Shown in pieces: positions 35,411-43,694 of a DNA stretch of 43,694 nucleotides (position 1 is its first letter; each line of letters opens with the position of its first letter). The notes under the pieces were generated by a model. The model was not told the origin of the DNA. It was given only the letters and a program-made list of their open reading frames with translations, and searched no databases. The position numbers and the translations under genes are program-made. Source of the stretch: Vicugna vicugna (lineage: Eukaryota); NCBI GenBank assembly GCA_013265495.1, contig MU057640.1, positions 2,280,636-2,324,329 on the forward strand, written 5' to 3'.

Positions 35411-37059
35411 AAAGATCACAGAGTCCTAAAGAGCATAAGGAAGGGGGGAAAAAAAAGTGTTTATTTCTATATTTGCTTCCTTACTTGTGTCTCCTCCTCC
35501 TTCTTCTTCAGACTGAAGTCTTCGGATTCAAAGGATATATTTTACATCTCTTGTTTTCCTAATGCTTTGCCTGGTGCATGACCCAAAGTAGTCAGTAAAT
35601 GTTCATGAACTGACTAGGCACATTGATGAACATCAGAAAAATATAATAGAATGTTGTTACGTAAAGAAAAACAGTAACATGGTCTATTTCAGCCTTCAAA
35701 AAGTCAAGCCATAAATAAAGCTCTCCACTAAATACAATTTAAGAGAGAAAAATAAGTTTGGTCATAATGTGTTATAATGGGTAGGAAACTGACTGAGACT
35801 CCAGAAACAAGGAGTTGGAATAGGTGGAAAACCACATAGAGTGAGAAGAACGTATGATACCAAGAATATATCTCTGAAGATTGCTTTAAAGATCAGCTTA
35901 TTAAGATTTGTTTTTCAAGATATTCCTTAAGAACAACTTCAAAGCAAGATACCTAGGAATTACTTTGGAGAAGGAGAAAGGCAATCTGATAGATGCTTAA
36001 CTATAGAAACATTTTGTAAAGCCATGTGACTAGGCAGCAAAGTAGCCAATGACTGTTTTTGAGTAAATGCAAGATTATCTATTGAGAAAAAATATCTCTG
36101 CTTGGTTGCGTGCATCAGAACAAACTGTTGGTGTCTGGAGACTCAGAAATAACGGGCACTGTTTTTAAAAATACTCATTTAGTGTTTACTGTGCCTATAC
36201 TGTAATGAGGAATCATGGATACTGGAATAAAGAATAAGAAATGATCCCTATTTTTAAGAATGTTGCAATTCAATAGGAGGATAATTATGATAGGCATGTG
36301 CTAAGTATCCTCAGGAGGTAGAACATCCAAAGAGCTATGGACCTTCGTAAGATGTGTTCCCTGAAGAGTCAGAAAACACAGTGGACCATTTCAGACAAAA
36401 GACCCAAGAAAGTATTAAGTGCCTTTAGAAAGGAAGTGTTTCAGAAACGAATTAGATAATGCCATTCTCCCCTTGTACAAAGCTATGGTATTTTTGTGCC
36501 TGTTGCAGTGTACAGTTTACCATATGTGGAGCAAGAAGCAGCAGAGTAAAAGAGGGCAACAGACAGGGTACAAATTGTAATACCAGGCAAAAATGAAGAG
36601 ATTGAAACATTTGAAAGCAAATGGAGACATGATCTAGTAGAGACCAGGCACTGTGCTTTCAGTGCGTGAACAAGGGCTTATCTTGGAATGAGAGAGAAAG
36701 GATGCCTACCTAGATATTTGAAAGAAAAGTTTAGAAGCAATAAAAAACAGCCCTGGTATATGTCCTGGCAGGTACTGCCTGAAACATCTTTGGTAGGCCA
36801 TATTCCTTGTTGCCTCCAGGATGGACAGGGATTGAGCATGGGCATAATACAATTTTTCTGTTGTTGTACCATCTTTCCTTTGAAGTTAAAGATTTTCCCT
36901 CTTTCTCTCTTTATTTGTCATGGATACTTGTTATTGTCTCTTGGGAGAAGCAACAAATAGCAGGTGTCATATTTTGTCTTTGAGCCAGAGTTTCTCCATT
37001 GAATATAATAGTTTGGAGTGAAAAGATGGCTAGTCATTTAACCTCTTGTGTCACCTATT

Positions 37060-37440
37060 TGAATCATTCATTCATCCTTTCTTTCAATCCATATATTTAT
37101 TGAGCAGTAACTGTAGGCTGAATTTCTCTGCTGGGCACTGTGGATACAAAAGAGAACTGAATTGTAATGTGATTGCAGTGAGCAGCAGAGCATAGTGCAG
37201 GAATGCCCAGGTTCCTAGCTGTGTGCCCTTGGGCAAGTTACCTCATTTCTATATGCCTCAGTTTCCTTAGCTATAAGATGAGAGTGTTAATAGAAGCTAC
37301 TCAGAGTTGTGAGAATTAGTTTTGTTTTGCTTGTTTTGTTTGACAAATAGTTTTATAGTATTGATTCTGTGCCAGGCACTGTTCTAAGCACTTTACCGAA
37401 GATAACCCATTTAATTAATTTAACAGTGCCTCTCATTACT
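37060..37440. mobile_element. L2 tail plus MIR remnants
   Basis: ATTCATTCATCC...ATATTTATTGAGCA...CTGGGCACTGTGGATACA, then CTTGGGCAAGTTACCTCATTTCTATATGCCTCAGTTTCC. Confidence 0.6.
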
Positions 37441-37964
37441 GCTGCCGTGTGGGAGACTTTAGTGGAGCAAGAGTTGAGTCATCCAAGGAAGGCAAGGTGA
37501 CCTGTGTCATAGGCATTTTAGGGACATTGGCCTTCCCCTTCTACACTTCCCTCCTTTCCTTTTGCACCTTCTTTTTCAGGTTATGAAAAAGCCTGCAAGA
37601 AGTTCACAGAGATATTTTTAATCTCGCTGCATTTCCCCAGAATTAGAAATGTTGAGAACTCCTGGCTTAGATACTATTTCCAGTGACATTCACAGTCATT
37701 TGACGCTGAGTTCTGTACGTGTCCTAGGTGCCGTGTGGGCACAGGAGATATAAAAATGAACAAAAGTCGGTTCCCTGCATGTGGTTGTTTATAGCTGCTT
37801 TATTCATAATTGGAACTAATTATCGCACTCGAGTGAAGAGATAATTAAATGAGTAATTTCAGCGAAAGGTGTTTCCAGACAAAAGGAAGCAGACATCCAA
37901 AGTTATGGGGACATGAAACTGCTATGTGTGTGGGAGAGTGAAAAGCAGGGAGGTGAAAATCATT

Positions 37965-38920
37965 ACTATTTTTTTTAATTAACACCTTACTGACTTAGAG
38001 CAGTTTTAGTTTCACAGCAGAATTGAGAGGAAGCTACAGGGATTTCTGTATGCCCATCCCCACATATGCATAGCTTCCCCCATTATTGACTTCCCCCACC
38101 AGAGTGGTACATTTGTTACAATTGATGAACCCAATTTAACACATTGTAAGTATCGGAAGTCCTGCCATTTGGCCTGTGCCCCCCCTTTCTCTGCTCATAT
38201 CTAGTATCTACCTGTTTTAAACAGTATTTTCACTACCCTAAATCCTTTGTGTTCCACCTGTACATTCCTCTCTCCCCTGCCAACCCTAGTAACCACTGAT
38301 CTTCTTACTGTCTGCATAGTTTTACGTTTTCTAGAGTGTCATATGGTTGAAATAATACAGTGTGTAGGCTTTCTAGATTGGCTTCTTCCCCTTAATAGTA
38401 TACATTTAATGCTGTTCCATGTCTTTTAATGGCTTGATAGTCCATTTCTTCTAGTGCTAAATAATTTTCCAGTATCTGAAGATATTACACCTTATTTATC
38501 AGTTGATCTGTTGAAAGAGCCTTGGTTCCTCCAAGTTTGGGTAATTATGAATAGAGCTGCTATAAACATCCATGCATAGGTTTTTGTGTGGACATAAGCT
38601 CTTGACTTCTTTGGATAAGTACCAAGGATTGCACTTGCTAGATCACATGGTAGGAGTATGTTTAGTTTTGTAAGAAACTGCCAAATTGTCTTCCAAAGTG
38701 ACTATACCATTTTGCATTCCCACCAACAATGAATGAACGTTCCTGTTACTCCACATACTCACCAGCATTTGATGTTATCAGTGTTCTGAATTTTGGCCAT
38801 TCTGATAGGTGTGTAGTGGTATCTGATTGTTGCTTTTATTTGCATTTCCCTGGTGACATATGATGTGGAGCATCTTTTCATATTCTCATTTGACATCTGT
38901 ATATCTCTTTTGGTGAGGGC
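37965..38920 (-). mobile_element. L1MA/MB-like 3' end
   Basis: TTAGAGCAGTTTTAGTTTCACAGCAGAATTGAG...CCACCAGAGTGGTACATTTGTTACAATTGATGAACC...CCATTTTGCATTCCCACCAAC. Confidence 0.8.
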
Positions 38921-39299
38921 AATTATTAAATTTTGCTGTTAGTGTATAGTGCAAAATAGGGGTTGTCCAAAGCTGGCTAGAGAGGTAAGTTGTGAGTATT
39001 TTGAATTTAAAATTCATTTTCTAGTCAGCATTTTTCAATTTTTTTTTAACTTTCAACTCTCAATCACATCAACATCTTGAGACTATGCTTAGAATTCTTA
39101 AAAAATCACTTTACTGTATTTGCATAGAAAAGGTGCTATGTAAGAAGTAGGGTACTGTTTTCACATTTTTTTTTGGCCCAATTATCACCAAGTAATTGGT
39201 TCTTCAAGTAACTTTAGGCTGTCCTTTATTATTGACTAATAACAAGAGTCAGTAATAGGTGCTTAGAATGCTTGTACTTTTACACTTAAGGATTATCAG

Positions 39300-41100
39300 A
39301 TTCATTTTAAAATTAGTTTTACTGCAGTATGATTGACATGTAATAAAGTGCATCCATTTTAAATGTAAAGTTCTAAGAAGTTTGGCAACTAATACACACA
39401 TGTATAGTTATGCTTCATCACTTCAGAAAATTCTCTGTGTATTCCTGCAGTCAGCCCCCTCACCCCAGGCTCTAGGCAACCACTAATCTGATTTCTATCA
39501 CTGTAGATTAGTTTTACCTAATACAGAATGTCATAGAAATGGGATCATATAGGGTGTATTTAGGCTTCTTTCACTCATCTGTGCTTTTCTTTTTTATTAC
39601 TGAGTAGTATTTCATTGTGTACCTATATCACAGTGTGATTATCCATTCACCTTTTAATGGTTGAATAGGGTTGTTTCCAGGTTTTGATTATTAAAAATAA
39701 AAATTCTGTGAGTATTCATATGCAGCTCTTTGAATAAACGTGTTTTAATTTGTCTTGGTTAAATACCTAATAATTGGGAGTGGGTTTGCTGGGTTTTATG
39801 GGTAAGAGTATATTCAGCTTTAAACCAAACTGCCAAAGTGTTTCCCAAAGGATGTGTACCATTTTACACTTCTACCAGCCATGTATGACAGTTCTAGTTA
39901 TCACACATCCTTGTCAGCTTTTGATACTGTCATCCCTTTTTATTTTAGCCATTGTAGGGGTTGTGGAGTGGTACTGTGCTTTTTATTTGTATTCCCCTGA
40001 TAACTAGTGATGACGAGCATACTTTCGTGTTTATTGGCCATTCATATATATTCTGAAGCATTTGTTTAAGTCATTTTCCCATTTTTATTGGGTTGTTTGT
40101 TTTCTTAAGATCAGATTGTAAGAGTTTTTTGTATATTCTGGGCACAAGTTCTTTTTCATGTCTATATGTTGCAGGTATTTTCTTCTGGTTTGGCTTGCCT
40201 TTCCTTTTTGTGGGGATAGGATTTGTGTTTTGAAGAGTAGAAGTCTTCAACTTTTATGAAGAACAGTTTGTCAGGTTTTTTTTTCTTTCTTTCTTTTATG
40301 GTTGCTGTTATTTGTGGAATGCCTAAGAAATCTTAACTACCCCAAAGTAAAGATTTTCTTCTGTATTTTTTAATAGTAATGTTACAGATTAGCTTTTATG
40401 CTTACTTCTGTGATCTATTTCAAATTAATTTATTTTGCATATGTTTTGGGTTAAGCATTAAAGGTTGTTTTTATCTCTATTTCATATAGACATACGGTTG
40501 TCCCAATACTTATTGAAAGCATTATTTTTTCACCATTCTATACAATAATGTATTTCTACATTATCAAAAATCAGTTGAACATTTATGTGGGTCCAGTATT
40601 GATCTCTATTTGGTTCCATTAGCCTGTCTTTCTCTATACAAATACTGCAGTATGTTGATAAATGTAGCTTTGTAATAAACCCTGAAGTAAAGTATGAGTC
40701 TTCTAATTTTGCTTGTTCTTTTTCAGAAAGATTTTGACTATTCTAGAATAGAACTTTAATAACATAAATTTCCCCAGAAAAGTACCTCAGAATATAATTT
40801 CCATGTAAATTTTAGAACTTGCTTGGCAATTTTATAGAAAATATCTGTTGGGCTTTTGATTTGGATTACATTAAAATTATCCATTTCAATTTAGAGACAA
40901 TTATATCTTGAAAGTATTCAGACTTCTAGTCCATGAACATGGTGTATTTTCATTTAGTTTTTAATTGTGTCCCAAAATTTTTAATATATTTTGATTTCAT
41001 TGTCTTTCAACTAAAATGTTTTCTATATTCCCTTATAATTTCATCTTTAAACTCAGAGGTTATTTATTTTCCAAACATGTAGGGATTTTTTAGATATCTT
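39300..41100 (-). mobile_element. Ancient L1 (L1MB/MC/ME-like) 3' end and ORF2 remnants
   Basis: Degenerate motifs such as CCAAACTGCCAAAGTGTTTCCCAAAGGATGTGTACCATTTTACAC. Confidence 0.7.
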
Positions 41101-41102
41101 AT

Positions 41103-41476
41103 TGTTAAGGACGATGTTTGTGTCCCTCCAAAATTCATATGTTGAAGCCCTAACCTCTAATGTGACTGTATTTGGAAATAAGGCCTTTATTGAAGTAACT
41201 GAGGTTAAATGAAGTTATAATGATGGGGCCACGATCCTATAGAATTAGTGTCCTTCTAGGAAGAGACTCAGAGGGTTCACTCTCTCCGTGCATACACGAG
41301 GAAGTCCTGGGACCAGAGAGCAAGATGATGGCCCCCTACAAGTTAAGAGAAGAGGCCTTAGAGTGAAATCTATCTTGGTACCTTGATCTTGGACTTCCTA
41401 AGCCACTAGAACAGAATTTCTGTTAAGTCACTCCATCTGTGGTATTTTGTTATGTCACCCCAAGGAGACTAATACA
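41103..41476 (+). mobile_element. MLT1A-type solo LTR
   Basis: TGTTAAGGACGATGTTTGTGTCCCTCCAAAATTCATATGTTGAAGCCC...GACTAATACA. Flanks CTTAT/GTTAT (4/5 TSD). Confidence 0.85.
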
Positions 41477-41714
41477 GTTATTGTTACTGACTTCTATTCA
41501 TTTCTATCTTTTGAAATCTGTTGAGACTGACTTTATAGACCTTCGGTCAATATGTGCCCTACAAAAGAATGTTTATTTTATAGTTGCTGAGGACGTTGTT
41601 CTTGAAAGGTAAATTAGGTCAATTTGATTCTAAATGTTGTTCAAGTGTTATATTTTTACTGATTTTTCTATTTACTTATTATATCAAATTACTGAGAGAG
41701 AAGTGACTCAGAGA

Positions 41715-42115
41715 AGTGGGATGGTTCAATATAAGAAAATCAGTTCATGTAACACAACATATTAGTAGAATGAAGGAAAAAACCCACATGATCATCTTAA
41801 CATACAGAAAAAGCATTTGAGAAAATTCAGCACAATTACATTTTAAAACCATTCAACAAACTAGGAGTACAAGGAAACTGCGTCAACATTGATAAAGGTC
41901 ATATATGTGTCAATCCATATGTGGATACAGCATACTCAATGATATAAGAGTGGAAGCTTTTCTTCTAAGATCAGGAACAAGACAAGTCTTGCTTTTCCCA
42001 GTTCTATTCAACATGGTGTTGGAAATTCTTTCCAGAACAGTTAGGCAAGAAAAGTCAAAGACATATAAATTGGAAAGGAAGAAGAAAAATTGCTTCTGTT
42101 TACAAATGATGTGAC
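41715..42115 (+). mobile_element. L1 ORF2 (RT region) fragment
   Basis: GGGATGGTTCAATATAAG...[20 protein letters not shown]. Confidence 0.75.
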
Positions 42116-42949
42116 CTTTTTTTAAAAAAACACTTTTTATTGAGTTATAATCATTTTACAATGTTATGTCAAATTCCAGTGTAGAGCACAATACATATAT
42201 TCATTATCACATTTTTTTCTCTGTGAGCTACCATAAGATCTTGTATATATTTCCCTGTGCTATACAGTATAATCTTGTTTATCTATTCTACATTTTGAAA
42301 TCCCAGTCTGTCCCTTCCCATCTCCCTGCCCCCTTGGCAACCACAAGTTTGTATTCTATGTCTATGAGTCTGTTTCTGTTTTGTATTTATGTTTTTGTTT
42401 TTGTTTTTTTTTTAGATTCCACATATGAATGATCTCATATGGTATTTTTCTTTCTCTTTCTGGCTTACTTCACTTAGAATGACATTCTCTAGGAGCATCC
42501 ATGTTGCTGCAAATGGTGTTATGTTTTCGGTTTTTACGGCTGAATAGTATTCCATTGTATAAATATACCACCTCTTCTTTATCTAGTCATCTGTTGATGG
42601 ACATTTAGGCTGTTTCCATGTCTTGACTATTGTAAATAGTGCTGCTATGAACATTGGGGTGCACGTGTCATCCTGAAGTAGGGTTCCTTCTGGATATATG
42701 CCCAGGAGCAGGATTCCTGGGTCATACGATAAGTCTATTCCTTGTCTTTTAAGGAATCGCCATACTGTTTTCCACAGTGGCTGGACCAAACTGCATTCCC
42801 ACCAACAGTGTAGGAGGGTTCCCTTTTCTTCACAGCCTCTCCAGCATTTGTCGTTTGTGGATTTTTGAATGATGGCCATTCTAACTGGTGTGAGGTGATA
42901 CCTCATTGTAGTTTTGATTTGCATTTCTCTAATAATTAGTGATATTGAA
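42116..42949 (-). mobile_element. Young 5'-truncated L1 3' end
   Basis: Open ORF2 C-terminal stretch [21 protein letters not shown]...[10 protein letters not shown] (42583-42924). Same 3'UTR family as 10548-11285. Confidence 0.9.
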
Positions 42950-43694
42950 CCTGTCTTTCACAAATCCTGCAGTATGTTGATAAATGTAGCTTTGTAATAA
43001 ACCCTGAAGTAAAGTATGAGTCTTCTAATTTTGCTTGTTCTTTTTCAGAAAGATTTTGACTATTCTAGAATAGAACTTTAATAACATAAATTTCCCCAGA
43101 AAAGTACCTCAGAATATAATTTCCATGTAAATTTTAGAACTTGCTTGGCAATTTTATAGAAAATATCTGTTGGGCTTTTGATTTGGATTACATTAAAATT
43201 ATCCATTTCAATTTAGAGACAATTATATCTTGAAAGTATTCAGACTTCTAGTCCATGAACATGGTGTATTTTCATTTAGTTTTTAATTGTGTCCCAAAAT
43301 TTTTAATATATTTTGATTTCATTGTCTTTCAACTAAAATGTTTTCTATATTCCCTTATAATTTCATCTTTAAACTCAGAGGTTATTTATTTTCCAAACAT
43401 GTAGGGATTTTTTAGATATCTTATTGTTAAGGACGATGTTTGTGTCCCTCCAAAATTCATATGTTGAAGCCCTAACCTCTAATGTGACTGTATTTGGAAA
43501 TAAGGCCTTTATTGAAGTAACTGAGGTTAAATGAAGTTATAATGATGGGGCCACGATCCTATAGAATTAGTGTCCTTCTAGGAAGAGACTCAGAGGGTTC
43601 ACTCTCTCCGTGCATACACGAGGAAGTCCTGGGACCAGAGAGCAAGATGATGGCCCCCTACAAGTTAAGAGAAGAGGCCTTAGAGTGAAATCTA
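42950..43694 (+). repeat. Direct duplicate of 40623-41372 (runs off the window end)
   Basis: Identical by eye from 42967 (=40645) to 43694 (=41372), offset 2322. Confidence 0.95.

Noticed and set aside
35600..36900. Purine-rich stretch that might be an ancient LINE or a processed pseudogene
   Set aside because: I found no recognisable peptide or motif; it needs a Dfam or tblastx search.
1..43694. CRISPR arrays, rRNA, or prokaryote-type systems
   Set aside because: There are no regularly spaced repeats or operon structure; the sequence is clearly mammalian.

Overview
Mammalian genomic DNA from a draft assembly (220-N gap). It is probably camelid, because a Vic-1-like tRNA-derived SINE with a 17-bp TSD is present. 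Two host genes lie on the + strand. (i) An intronless ~741-aa ADAM of the testis ADAM4/ADAM6/ADAM20/ADAM21 group (19756-21981), most ADAM4-like. Its zinc motif [12 protein letters not shown] keeps all three His ligands but lacks the catalytic Glu. (ii) The CpG-island promoter and first coding exon of SYNJ2BP (30565-30628), followed by intron 1 to the end of the window. Most of the rest is a nested pile of LINE-1 elements of several ages, MaLR/ERV LTRs, MIR/L2/CR1 remnants and DNA-transposon fossils. Points worth follow-up: the pseudo-protease ADAM; an antisense ORF plus splice sites in a young L1 5'UTR (ORF0/antisense-promoter-like); a TSD-flanked composite ORF1-only L1 insertion; a small probable 3' transduction; an ERV LTR abutting the SYNJ2BP promoter; and two near-perfect duplications that are probably assembly artefacts. 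I see no convincing evidence of a wholly new biological system. Repeat subfamily names and orthology calls are from recall, not from database searches.
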